From contig OZ244960.1 in the NCBI GenBank assembly GCA_965222605.1, positions 1,856,001 through 1,920,000 on the forward strand: a stretch of DNA of 64,000 nucleotides, written 5' to 3'. This DNA comes from Candidatus Latescibacterota bacterium (lineage in GTDB: Bacteria; Latescibacterota; UBA2968). The position numbers were made by a program, and so were the translations under genes. Position 1 is the first letter of the stretch. Each line of letters starts with the position of its first letter. The notes under the pieces were generated by a model. That model had not been told where the DNA came from, did not search any database, and worked only from the letters and a program-made list of their open reading frames with translations. Positions 1 to 9,661 of the stretch are shown here, piece by piece.

Positions 1-484
1 TTGCGACACACCGCACCTGTATAACAACCGACAGCACGCCATACCTTTTGGTGCCAGGCTGCGCAACCATGCGTTGTCCCACCTCGCGCTGCACCATAAT
101 CACAGCGCGTTTCCAAATCCTGCGAGCATCCGTAATTTGCCTGATGAGCGCACCCGTAATATGGTAAGGTAAATTACCCACCAGAATCGCCTTTTCTCTT
201 TGAAACATTTCAACAAGTGCGGGCAAATTGACCCGCCGCACATCATCTGATACAATTTTTAACTGCGAACCAAATCGATCAGAAAGCAGATCACACAATT
301 CCCTATCAACCTCAATAGCGACCACCCGATCTGCCTGCTCAACCAAGAATTCGGTCAACGCGCCCCGTCCAGGACCAATTTCTACGACCAGATCCTCTTT
401 TTCAATCTGTGCAGCCTCTACAATTCGCTCGATAGATGCACCATCTGTGAGAAAGTGCTGACCCAGCCGCGTTTTTCTTTTCAC
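1..484 (-). CDS. rsmA: 16S rRNA m6,2A dimethyltransferase KsgA/RsmA (runs off window start)
   Basis: Not in ORF track. Manual translation from GTG at 484 gives MKRKTRLGQHFL...VVEIGPGRGALT...VVAIEVD, with GNLPY further on. GTGA overlap with tatD stop. Confidence 0.92.
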   Translation of the reverse strand, partial: MKRKTRLGQHFLTDGASIERIVEAAQIEKEDLVVEIGPGRGALTEFLVEQADRVVAIEVDRELCDLLSDRFGSQLKIVSDDVRRVNLPALVEMFQREKAILVGNLPYHITGALIRQITDARRIWKRAVIMVQREVGQRMVAQPGTKRYGVLSVVIQVRCVA

Positions 485-1251
485 GTTGATCCCAACCCAA
501 ACAAGGTCTGAGCATTTTGCGTTGTCTGCCGACACACATCTTCAGTATCCCCGCACCCAGCATCGGCCAGGCACTCGGCGACATAGCGCACATAAGCCGG
601 CTCATTGCGCTTACCGCGTTTTGGCACCGGTGCCAGAAATGGACAATCCGTTTCCAAAAGCAACCGCTCAGCGGGCACATCTAATGCGACCTTCAATGCA
701 CCCGAATTTTTGAAAGTGACAATACCGCCAAAACCAAGATAAAAATTGAGATCAACCGCACGACGGGCTTCTTCGACATGCCCACCAAAACAGTGCATCA
801 CACCGCCCACTTCCGATCCTCCCTCTTCCTCCAACACATCTAACACCCGCGTTTCAGCACCCCGGCTGTGCATAATCAGCGGCAAGCCCATCTCCCTCGC
901 CAGACGGATATGTGCCCGAAACGCCCGTTCCTGAACCTCGCGCGGTGCGTAGTCGCGATAAAAATCCAACCCCGTCTCTCCGACCGCAACAATTCTGGAA
1001 TGCTTCAAAAGCGCGGGCAATTTTTTCAAAGCCGACTCATCCGCCTTGGCGGAATCTGACGGATGAAACCCCGCCGAAGCATATACATCAGCCTCCGCCT
1101 CAGCAAGCGCAATGGCCGCACGGCTCGTATCCAAATTTGTCCCCACATTCACGATTTGCCCCACCCCCGCGGCACGCGCCCGAGCGAGCAGGCCGTCCAA
1201 ATCCTTCCTGAACTGTGGAAACATCAAATGCGCGTGTGAATCGACAAGCAT
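481..1251 (-). CDS. tatD: TatD family hydrolase/DNase
   Basis: DSHAHL, GETGLDFY, HSR, HCF, ETDCPFLAP motifs; typical metG-tatD-rsmA context. Confidence 0.93.
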   Translation of the reverse strand: MLVDSHAHLMFPQFRKDLDGLLARARAAGVGQIVNVGTNLDTSRAAIALAEAEADVYASAGFHPSDSAKADESALKKLPALLKHSRIVAVGETGLDFYRDYAPREVQERAFRAHIRLAREMGLPLIMHSRGAETRVLDVLEEEGGSEVGGVMHCFGGHVEEARRAVDLNFYLGFGGIVTFKNSGALKVALDVPAERLLLETDCPFLAPVPKRGKRNEPAYVRYVAECLADAGCGDTEDVCRQTTQNAQTLFGLGST

Positions 1252-1293
1252 GTGAAAATCCTGTAAAAGCGAATTTTAACCTCTAATTGCTTC

Positions 1294-3180
1294 TTAACTC
1301 ACCTCAGCCCCATCGCCAATCTCGCTATCAGGCGTTACGAGAGTGAGACCGTGATCGTCGGAAGCCGCCAGCAGCATACCCTGGGACTCGACACCGCGAA
1401 TAGTCGCGGGTTCCAGATTGGCAACCACCACAATCTGCCGCCCAACGAGCGCATCCGGCTCATAATACTCGGCAATCCCGGCGACGATCTGGCGTTGCTC
1501 ATCGCCCAAACTAATTTGCAAACGCAGCAAGCGATCTGCTCCTTTCACGCGCTCGGCTGCGTCAATATTTGCCACGCGCAATTTGAGCTTCTGAAATTCT
1601 GAAAAAGAAATCAAATCTTCCTTCGCTTTTTCTTCTGCCACATTGACCTCCTCAATACGCGGGAATACTGGATCGCCAGGTGCAACTTTCAAATTGGCAT
1701 CCAGACCTCCCCATGATTTTAAGTCATCCAAATGAACATCTTCCGGCGATCCCTTTGCGCCGAGTTGCCGCCAAATCTCACACGCCTTTGAGGGAATCAC
1801 GGGAAATAGCAACACAGATAGTTGTCGCATGGTCTCCAGCAACGCATAAATCGTCACCTCGAGTTCGGCCCTTTTGCTTGCGTCCTTCGCCAAATGCCAC
1901 GGCGCCTGCACCTCGACAAACCGGTTGGCCTCCCGCACCAATTGCCAAATCGCATCCAGCACCGCATTGGGATTCATCGCATCAATAGCTTTGCCCACCG
2001 CATTGAGCGTCTCCTCCGTCTGCGCTTTCAAAGCGTCGAGTGCCGCATGATTACCATCAACAGCAGGTACAACACCATCCAAATATCGCGCAGCCATAAC
2101 CACCGAGCGATTCAGCAAATTGCCCAACTCATTCGCCAACTCGGTATTATAACGCTGGACAAAAGCCTCTTCGCTAAAATCGCTATCTTGCCCCAGCGTC
2201 ATATCGCGCACCAGAAAATACCGAAACGCATCCACGCCGTATTTATCCGCCAAATCCAGCGGTCGAATCGCATTGCCCAGCGACTTCCCCATCTTTGTCT
2301 CATCCACGAGCCAAAATCCATGCCCCATAATCGTTTTGGGCAATGGCACACCTATCGCCTTGAGCATCGTGGGCCAATACACGCAGTGCGTAGTCAAAAT
2401 ATCCTTACCAATCAGATGGCAAGACGCCTGCCACCAGTGCTCAAAACGCGCGTCATCGGCGAGATAGCCCGGTGCCGTAATATAATTGATCAGGGCATCG
2501 AACCACACATAACAGACATAATCTTCATCAAAAGGAAGCGGAATCCCCCACTCCAAACGCGCCCTGGGGCGAGAAATACACAAATCGCCCAGCGGTTGAC
2601 GCAAAAACCCGAGAATCTCATTGCGCCGCTTTTCCGGTCGAATAAAATTGGGGTGTGTCTCAATATATTCAATGAGCCAGTCCTGGTATTTGCTCATTTT
2701 AAAAAAGTAATTCTTCTCCGAAATCTTCGCCGTCGGCCGCCCACAATCCGGACAATTCCCATCAACCAGGTCCTTTTCCGTCCAGAACCGCTCGTCTGGG
2801 ATACAATACCAGCCCTCGTAATTGTCGGAATAGATCTCGCCCGCATCGTAAATGTGTTGCAAAATCTCGGAGACAACGCGCTTGTGCCGCGCTTCGGTTG
2901 TGCGAATAAAATCATCGTTTGAAATATTTAAGATCTCCCACAACGCCTGAAATCGCACCACCATTTCATCCGCATGTGCCTGCGGCGACAGATTGCGTTC
3001 TTTCGCAGCCTCATCCACTTTCTGCCCGTGCTCATCCGTACCGGTCAAAAACAACACATCATCGCCGGCCAGGCGATGAAAACGCGACAGCACATCGGCC
3101 ATAATCGTCGTGTACGCATGTCCGATATGGGGTTCATCATTGACGTAATAAATCGGTGTTGTAATATAAAATGTGCCCAT
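1294..3180 (-). CDS. metG: Methionine--tRNA ligase with C-terminal tRNA-binding domain
   Basis: FYITTPIYYVN, HIGH, GTDEHGQK, KMGKS; C-terminal SQGMLLAA domain; start placed at MGTFY. Confidence 0.97.
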   Translation of the reverse strand: MGTFYITTPIYYVNDEPHIGHAYTTIMADVLSRFHRLAGDDVLFLTGTDEHGQKVDEAAKERNLSPQAHADEMVVRFQALWEILNISNDDFIRTTEARHKRVVSEILQHIYDAGEIYSDNYEGWYCIPDERFWTEKDLVDGNCPDCGRPTAKISEKNYFFKMSKYQDWLIEYIETHPNFIRPEKRRNEILGFLRQPLGDLCISRPRARLEWGIPLPFDEDYVCYVWFDALINYITAPGYLADDARFEHWWQASCHLIGKDILTTHCVYWPTMLKAIGVPLPKTIMGHGFWLVDETKMGKSLGNAIRPLDLADKYGVDAFRYFLVRDMTLGQDSDFSEEAFVQRYNTELANELGNLLNRSVVMAARYLDGVVPAVDGNHAALDALKAQTEETLNAVGKAIDAMNPNAVLDAIWQLVREANRFVEVQAPWHLAKDASKRAELEVTIYALLETMRQLSVLLFPVIPSKACEIWRQLGAKGSPEDVHLDDLKSWGGLDANLKVAPGDPVFPRIEEVNVAEEKAKEDLISFSEFQKLKLRVANIDAAERVKGADRLLRLQISLGDEQRQIVAGIAEYYEPDALVGRQIVVVANLEPATIRGVESQGMLLAASDDHGLTLVTPDSEIGDGAEVS

Positions 3181-3194
3181 TTTTCTACACCCAC

Positions 3195-4253
3195 TCAAAA
3201 GGACTTCATCTGCCGCCAGAGCGAGATCAAGCCCAGATTCATATTCACATTGCGATGATTCATCTCTCGCAAAGATTCAATCTTTTTTATCGTTGCGGTC
3301 AGGTGATCGAGATCAAAAACCTCCGCCAATCGCCCGACATTGTCCTCCTGCGCGGCATTGACAATATGATCGCCCCGACCGCATTGCAACAACAGCGCGT
3401 CTCTGAGCCAAATTTCTGCACCTGCCAAAATATCCAATGCCTCTTGTCGGTCGAGTTTTGCAAGTGCTTCAAACGTGCGCTCGTCCTGCCCCCACAGCAA
3501 GGCTTCCAAAAACCTAAAAGAGCGATCTTGTCTGTCTGCAATATGGCCGTCGGTCATATCCAATGCCCGGCGAAAGTTGCCGCTACATGTGCGTCCAATA
3601 AAATCTGCCGTTGTTTTATCAACACCCTTTGCCACTAACTCGGCACTGATATCATGCGGTGAAAGCACGGGAAATTTCACAAACTGACACCGCGACACAA
3701 TAGTGGGCAACAACGCATCGCCATGGGATGCAATCAAAATCAGCAACGACCGAACAGGCGGTTCCTCCAGGATTTTCAACATGGCATTGGCCGCCTCTGC
3801 GCGCATTTGATCTGCGTGCAAAATAAGCGTCGTGCGCCAGCCCCCCGCAAAAGCACTATGTGTAAACTGCCGCTGCATCTGCCGAACGCGATCAATAGTA
3901 ATCCCCACATTCTTGTCGGGCAATGGATAGTGATAAGGCGATTGCCACACCTGCAGCAGTGCGGCTTGCCTAACTTCCTCTTTCACGCTCCGAGAAAAAG
4001 GAAAGAGCATCATACTATCCGGATGGTTGAGATTTGTCACCTTGTGGCATGCGGCACAACGCCTACAGGCCACAGCACCATCTGTCTGGCAATGCAATGC
4101 CTGCACAAAATCCAAAGCTGCCGCCACTGCACCCGTACCAGAAGTGCCCAAAAACAACAGCGCGTGCGGGACTCGATCTCTTTCAATCAATTCGGTCAAA
4201 AACCGAACCGCTCGCCCCTGTCCAATCACCCGTTCCAAGATATTGCCTCTCAT
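3195..4253 (-). CDS. holB: DNA polymerase III delta' subunit
   Basis: PHALLF, CxxCxxC, NHPD, AANAMLKILEEPP, LLPTIVSRC. True start may be TTG at 4238, behind GAGAGG. Confidence 0.88.
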   Translation of the reverse strand: MRGNILERVIGQGRAVRFLTELIERDRVPHALLFLGTSGTGAVAAALDFVQALHCQTDGAVACRRCAACHKVTNLNHPDSMMLFPFSRSVKEEVRQAALLQVWQSPYHYPLPDKNVGITIDRVRQMQRQFTHSAFAGGWRTTLILHADQMRAEAANAMLKILEEPPVRSLLILIASHGDALLPTIVSRCQFVKFPVLSPHDISAELVAKGVDKTTADFIGRTCSGNFRRALDMTDGHIADRQDRSFRFLEALLWGQDERTFEALAKLDRQEALDILAGAEIWLRDALLLQCGRGDHIVNAAQEDNVGRLAEVFDLDHLTATIKKIESLREMNHRNVNMNLGLISLWRQMKSF

Positions 4254-4257
4254 GATG

Positions 4258-4296
4258 AAAAGCCGCTGGAACGGAACATTCCAACGGCTTTTTTTC
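4258..4296 (-). terminator. Hairpin plus U-tract just upstream of holB (possible attenuator)
   Basis: Minus strand GCCGUUGGAA-loop-UUCCAGCGGC UUUUC; the U-G pair works only on the minus strand. Confidence 0.55.
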
Positions 4297-4460
4297 TAAT
4301 GCAAACGACTAAAATGATCCGCTATCCATGCTCCTGCTCACAATGGGAATGTACAACATGTGCAGCCCGTACAGTGACGGGCATCGGCATTTGCATTGTT
4401 GGCAAAAAAAACAACATGGAACAGCTCCATAATCAAAAGTTATTCGCAATGCGATGGCAA

Positions 4461-4489
4461 ATAATATACCTTATCCACCCATTTGTCAA
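4461..4489 (-). promoter_or_regulatory. sigma70-type promoter for the holB-metG operon leader
   Basis: TTGACA-17nt-TATTAT on minus strand. Confidence 0.6.
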
Positions 4490-4524
4490 GACTTTATTAT
4501 TAAAGTTGTTTTACCTCTAAACTG

Positions 4525-4553
4525 TTGACACTTGCGATACAATTTTTTAAGTT
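4525..4553 (+). promoter_or_regulatory. sigma70-type promoter for GroES-like gene
   Basis: TTGACA-17nt-TAAGTT. Confidence 0.55.
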
Positions 4554-4604
4554 TGACGAACAATTGTTTGGATATATGCAGGACTCATTGAGCGAGAAAA
4601 TGCA

Positions 4605-5024
4605 ATGCAAATAGGAAACAAAGAACTCGTCGTTATTGGCGACCGCGTTTTGGTCAAGCGGGAAGATTTGGAAGAGCGGACCAAAGTGGGGCTTTATTTG
4701 CCTCAAACTGTGGTCGAAAAAGAGGAAGTACAGAGCGGTCGCATTATGGCCACGGGGCCCGGTCTGCCGCTGCCAGAAACGCCCGAAAACGATGAACCCT
4801 GGCGCAATACTCCAAAAGAAACGCGATATTTGCCCCTGCAAGTTGAGGAAGGAGATTTTGCCTTATTTTTGCAAAAAGCCGCGATGGAGATTTCTTTTGA
4901 AGGCGAGAAATATCTCATTGTACCCCAGGCTTCTATTCTCGTTGTGATTCGAGAGTCGGATACCGTGGTGGGCGGAGACGAGGTATTGGATGAACTGGAG
5001 GGTTTGGACGATCTCGATCTGTGA
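4605..5024 (+). CDS. Stand-alone GroES/Cpn10-family co-chaperonin
   Basis: IGDRVLVK, TKVGLYLP, ATGPG, GEKYLIV; acidic tail; no adjacent groEL. Confidence 0.8.
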   Translation: MQIGNKELVVIGDRVLVKREDLEERTKVGLYLPQTVVEKEEVQSGRIMATGPGLPLPETPENDEPWRNTPKETRYLPLQVEEGDFALFLQKAAMEISFEGEKYLIVPQASILVVIRESDTVVGGDEVLDELEGLDDLDL

Positions 5025-5048
5025 TGGTTTTTCAAATGGTCATTCCCC

Positions 5049-5080
5049 AAAAAAAGCCGCTGATTAGCGGCTTTTTTCTT
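5049..5080. terminator. Bidirectional intrinsic terminator
   Basis: AAAAAAAGCCGCT-GATT-AGCGGCTTTTTT between convergent genes. Confidence 0.8.
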
Positions 5081-5092
5081 TAAACTCACCAT

Positions 5093-6034
5093 TTACTCTT
5101 GTTTCGTCCGTGCTTCAGTATCCGGCCTGGCGCACCGGAAACCCAGAGAAGGATAGGTTTTATCGGGCTTTTCACCCCGCCGTCGGGCCATGTGGATGTG
5201 TGGAGCACTCCAGCCCCCGCCCCTTATCACGCGCTTTTTCCCGGCCTCTGGCCCCGTGGGATTATTGAGGAGAGAGACGCGGTAATATCCTTCGTCAAAC
5301 CAATCCCAACACCACTCCCACACATTGCCCGACATATCGAGCAATCCTTCACTGGTAGCACCCTCGGGAAAGGTTCCCACAGGCAGCGGGCGCCGGTTTC
5401 GGGTTTCTCGAGTATTTGTTCGCGTGACATCAAAACGGTCACCCCAGGGGTAAAGACGGCTTTGTGCCCCCCGTGCTGCGCGTTCCCACTCTGCTTCAGT
5501 GGGCAGTCGTTTGCCCTTCCATGAACAATAGGCATTGGCGTCATTCCACGAAATACCCACAACGGGTTGGTTGGGATCATTGTATTTGGCCTCGCCCCAA
5601 TACCGGGGGGCCGCATGCCCTGTGCTCGTCACAAATTCGCGGTACTGGGCATTGGTTACCTCGTGCGTATCAACCCAGTACGCATCGAGATAAACCTTGT
5701 GTACAGGTGCGTTTTTATCTTGGGTATCTCCCATAAGAAAATGGCCTGCGGGAATTTGCACCTCCATTTTACCTGTACTATCAGAAGACACTGCCGCACG
5801 GGGTCTGTGCTGTTCAAAAGGAGAACGTCCATCAATTGTTTTGATACTCAACTTGGAAATTTCGATCCGGCTGGAAGATAGCTGAAGCGTAATAGAAGTC
5901 GCGGTCTCTCGAATCAGTTCGCCTCGCACAACACGACCCGATTTGAGAACGACTTCAACGGCCTCAGTTGTATCGGCCAGGCAAGATAAGACCCCAAACA
6001 CGATGAAAAATATTCCCATAATATACCGCCGCAT
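5093..6034 (-). CDS. Exported FGE-sulfatase (SUMF1/EgtB/PvdO) domain protein
   Basis: Signal peptide; HEVTNAQY, RLPTEAEWERAARG, DMSGNVWEW, LGFRC. Confidence 0.88.
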   Translation of the reverse strand: MRRYIMGIFFIVFGVLSCLADTTEAVEVVLKSGRVVRGELIRETATSITLQLSSSRIEISKLSIKTIDGRSPFEQHRPRAAVSSDSTGKMEVQIPAGHFLMGDTQDKNAPVHKVYLDAYWVDTHEVTNAQYREFVTSTGHAAPRYWGEAKYNDPNQPVVGISWNDANAYCSWKGKRLPTEAEWERAARGAQSRLYPWGDRFDVTRTNTRETRNRRPLPVGTFPEGATSEGLLDMSGNVWEWCWDWFDEGYYRVSLLNNPTGPEAGKKRVIRGGGWSAPHIHMARRRGEKPDKTYPSLGFRCARPDTEARTKQE

Positions 6035-6144
6035 TTTGCCTCCTTGGCGATTGGATTATCGCTTGTTAGTTCCTACTTTGAAAGTAATCATTTCGCGGTA
6101 TTTTGTCCAGTCCCGCAAAATATACCCAAAGTGATTATAAACAT

Positions 6145-6175
6145 AAAAAAGCCCAACCTTAAAAGGCTGGGCTTT
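6145..6175 (-). terminator. Intrinsic terminator of HU gene
   Basis: Minus strand AAAGCCCAGCCTT-TT-AAGGTTGGGCTTTTTT. Confidence 0.7.
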
Positions 6176-6202
6176 ACGACGGTTCCCTAAATGCGGCGAT
6201 TG

Positions 6203-6526
6203 CTAAACCATGTCTTTCAGTTTTTTGAGAGCTGAAATTCTCACTCCCGACGAGGCGGGTTTGGCTGAAATTGTTATTTTTTCGCCAGTAAAAGGATTGA
6301 CACCTTCTCGTTCTGCGCGAGCTGGTTTTTCGACTCTTTTGATTTTGAGCAGACCGGGCAATACAAATTCACCGACGGAATCTTGTGCGACATGGCGGTG
6401 AATGGCGGTGCCCAATTCATCGAGAACACTGCCCACATCTTTCTTACTCAGCCCGGTGCTTTCTGCGATCGCGCCTACAATTTGGGCTTTGCTCCATCGT
6501 TTTGTTACAGCTTCAGCTTGCGGCAT
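6203..6526 (-). CDS. HU/IHF-family DNA-binding protein
   Basis: IAESTGLSKKDV, LPGLLKI, GVNPFTGEKITISAKPA. Confidence 0.9.
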   Translation of the reverse strand: MPQAEAVTKRWSKAQIVGAIAESTGLSKKDVGSVLDELGTAIHRHVAQDSVGEFVLPGLLKIKRVEKPARAEREGVNPFTGEKITISAKPASSGVRISALKKLKDMV

Positions 6527-6681
6527 AATTCTCTCCCTTTGTGAAAATGGATTTATAATCTCAAACCTGTGCCCCCGCGAAGGCAGATAGGTTGAAGGCT
6601 TGCATGTCTTAATTATAGTCCAGCATACTTTGATTTGTCAAGTACAGATTGCCCTTTCCCCATTTTTTGTGTCTCTTTGGT

Positions 6682-7665
6682 TTACTCCACCCAAATATCC
6701 GGATGCGTATCCACCCCGTATTTCTCAAATATCGCATCAATAGCACACTTGTCGTCTTCGGACAGCGTCAACTCTAATGCTCCCATATTCGACACCACCT
6801 CTTCGGGTTTACGCACGCCAACCAGTGCGGTGCTAATCACGGGATTGGACAACACCCACGCCAATGCGAGGTGATATATAGCTGTACCGCGATCCGCTGC
6901 CATCTGTTTTAATTCTTCCACCACCTTCAAATTGCGCGGAAAATTATCCTCAGTAAACAAAGGCATATTAAACAACCCGCCCTTAGAGCGCCAATCTTGT
7001 GCATCGAATATCGTATTCTCATCAAATGCCCCGGTGAGCAACCCATGCGCCAGAGACCCATACCCCATCATCCCAATGCCGTGCGCTTCGCAATATGGAA
7101 AAACATCCCTCTCCATACGCCGATCAAACATATGATAGCCGTATTGCCCCACATCTACCCGCCGCGTTTTCATACACGCATCGATCTCTTCGGCCTTGAA
7201 ATTCGATACCCCTCCAAACCGCACTTTGCCCTGCTGAATCAAATCGTCCAGTACCTGCATTGGCTCATCAAAAGGCGTGTGCCGATCGGGCCAGTGAATC
7301 AAATAGACATCGATATAATCCGTATTCAAAAACCGCAAACTATTCTCTACCGACGCCATGATCCGCTCTCTGCGACTGTCGCGCCCCTTCACCCGCCCCG
7401 AATCCGTATATCCAATACCGACCTTTGTCACCACAATCACATCCTTGCGTCTATTCTCCAGGCCACGCGCGAGCAAAGCCTCTGATTTACCCATCCCATA
7501 GCCTTCGGCTGTATCAAAACAATTAATCCCCAAATCCAGTGCCTTGTGAATGCCCGCAATCACCTCTCCTTCGTCAAAATAACCATAACTTCCGCCGAGT
7601 TCCCAGCACCCAAATCCAATCGCTGAAACGTCCAACCCGGTCTTTCCAAACGGCCTGTATTCCAT
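6682..7665 (-). CDS. Aldo/keto reductase
   Basis: GFGCW, FDTAEGYG, YIDVYLIHWPD, GVSNF. Confidence 0.92.
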   Translation of the reverse strand: MEYRPFGKTGLDVSAIGFGCWELGGSYGYFDEGEVIAGIHKALDLGINCFDTAEGYGMGKSEALLARGLENRRKDVIVVTKVGIGYTDSGRVKGRDSRRERIMASVENSLRFLNTDYIDVYLIHWPDRHTPFDEPMQVLDDLIQQGKVRFGGVSNFKAEEIDACMKTRRVDVGQYGYHMFDRRMERDVFPYCEAHGIGMMGYGSLAHGLLTGAFDENTIFDAQDWRSKGGLFNMPLFTEDNFPRNLKVVEELKQMAADRGTAIYHLALAWVLSNPVISTALVGVRKPEEVVSNMGALELTLSEDDKCAIDAIFEKYGVDTHPDIWVE

Positions 7666-7695
7666 ATCGAACCTCCGGTTAAAAATATTGTTTAA

Positions 7696-8463
7696 TCACC
7701 GCCCCATCCATCCGCCATCCACTGTCAAAATCGCACCATTGACATAATTGGCTGCATCCGAACACAGAAACACACACGCGCCTTTCAGATCATCCGGTTG
7801 CCCCCATCGCCCCTGGGGAATGCGCGCTAAAATTTGCTCAGAACGGACAGAATCATTGCGCAAAGCTTCGGTATTATCTGTTGCAATATAACCCGGTGCA
7901 ATAGCATTGACATTTACCCCCTTGCTCGCCCACTCATTTGACAGCGCCATCGTCAAAGTCGCAATACCCCCTTTGGCCGCGGCATAACCCGGCACTGTAA
8001 TACCCCCCTGAAAACTCAACAGAGACGCTGTAAAAACAATTTTGCCACACCCGCGCGCCACCATCTCTTTGCCAAACTCGCGTGCGAGCACAAATTGCGC
8101 GTTCAGATTTACCTCAATAACTTTATCCCAGTATTCATCGGGATGATCCGCCGCGGGTTCCCGCAAAATAGTGCCCGCGTTATTCACCAATATATCGATC
8201 TGAACGACATCTGCTTTCACCTGTGCTATAAAAGCGCGCAAAGCATCTCGATCGGAAAAATCACATGCATAAGGGCGAAAACTGCGGCCCAATGCCGCGA
8301 CATCCCCTTCTACTTCACTTCCCGACGCCAGCGATGCACTCACCCCCACAATATCGGCACCTGCCTCGGCCAATCCCTGAGCAAAAGCACGACCAATACC
8401 GCGCCGACACCCCGTAATCAGTGCAGTCTTACCGCTCAAATCAAACCGCTCCAAAATTCCCAT
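7696..8463 (-). CDS. SDR oxidoreductase, KduD-like (2-deoxy-D-gluconate 3-dehydrogenase family)
   Basis: TGCRRGIG, NNAG, SLLSFQGGITVPGYAAAKG, VDGGWMGR. Confidence 0.85.
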   Translation of the reverse strand: MGILERFDLSGKTALITGCRRGIGRAFAQGLAEAGADIVGVSASLASGSEVEGDVAALGRSFRPYACDFSDRDALRAFIAQVKADVVQIDILVNNAGTILREPAADHPDEYWDKVIEVNLNAQFVLAREFGKEMVARGCGKIVFTASLLSFQGGITVPGYAAAKGGIATLTMALSNEWASKGVNVNAIAPGYIATDNTEALRNDSVRSEQILARIPQGRWGQPDDLKGACVFLCSDAANYVNGAILTVDGGWMGR

Positions 8464-8474
8464 AATAACTCCCG

Positions 8475-9491
8475 TTACGCCTGACAGTCCAAAAGCACCT
8501 TCATCACCTCGCCACCCGCCACCATCTGTTCAAACCCTTTTGCCGCATCATCCAGCGGCAGCGTATCCGTAACCAGCGCCTTTACATCCACCGCGCCAGA
8601 TGCCGCCAATCGAATTGCCCGCTCAAAATCTATGGGTTCGTACACGCGACACGCCACCAGATGCAATTCCCGCCAAAAAAAACGCTGTAAATCCACAGGC
8701 GGTGGTTCAGCGTGTACCCCAACCAGCACAATAGTTCCGCGAACCCGTGCCAACTCTGTCATGGCCTTTGCACCGGGCGCACTCCCACTCACTTCAAACA
8801 CGAGGTCTGCGCCTGCACCCTCGGTCCAATCTTCTGTATATGCGATAAGATCTGTTTCCAATGGATTCACAATCTCAAAGCCCAATGCTTTTGCTTTTGC
8901 CAAACGAAAAGCATTCACTTCGGAAACCACCACCTCGGCCCCATCCAATCGCGCCGCCATTGCAACCAGCATCCCAATCGGGCCGCCGCCAATCACAATC
9001 GCGCGGTCACCCAATTCTACTTTGGCACGCCGAACATCGTGGACAGCGACTGCAAGCGGTTCAATAAGCGCGCCGGCATCGTCGTCCAGTGCATCTGGTA
9101 CGCGGTGCAGGCGATCGAGTGGTGCATTCCAAAAAGCCTGAAATGCACCTGCAGAATCAATACCCAAAAAATTTAGATTCTGACAAATATGCCGATGCCC
9201 TCGCCGGCAAGCCGCACACGCCCCACAGGCCACCGTGGGTTCAACCACCACGCGATCTCCCACTTTGAACTCGGTCTCTTTCGGAACATAGACAATTTCA
9301 CCGCACATCTCGTGCCCCATCACCAGAGGAATTTGTACCCGCTGATCCATATGCCCCTGATAAATATGCAAATCCGTGCCGCATAAACCCGCCCGCGCCA
9401 CCTTGATAAGCACCTCATCATCACCCGGTTTGGGTTCCTCAATATCGCGCAATTCAACCCGCTCAGGTCCCAGATAAACAGACGCTTTCAT
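8475..9491 (-). CDS. Zn-dependent alcohol/sugar-acid dehydrogenase
   Basis: CGTD, GHE, CxxCxxC...C, GGGPIG; start at MKAS after GGAGG. Confidence 0.9.
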   Translation of the reverse strand: MKASVYLGPERVELRDIEEPKPGDDEVLIKVARAGLCGTDLHIYQGHMDQRVQIPLVMGHEMCGEIVYVPKETEFKVGDRVVVEPTVACGACAACRRGHRHICQNLNFLGIDSAGAFQAFWNAPLDRLHRVPDALDDDAGALIEPLAVAVHDVRRAKVELGDRAIVIGGGPIGMLVAMAARLDGAEVVVSEVNAFRLAKAKALGFEIVNPLETDLIAYTEDWTEGAGADLVFEVSGSAPGAKAMTELARVRGTIVLVGVHAEPPPVDLQRFFWRELHLVACRVYEPIDFERAIRLAASGAVDVKALVTDTLPLDDAAKGFEQMVAGGEVMKVLLDCQA

Positions 9492-9661
9492 CACACCTCC
9501 ACAATAACCCTTGAAATTCAAGGCTTTGTAATGTATAATTTACATCAAGTCAAATCGCCACTATATCAGAGCCGATCGGAAAATCAAAACCGGTCGGCAT
9601 TTATGATACCGAACAGAAATCAAAGAGTCAACCCAAAGCATTCAGGATCTTTTCATTCTCC

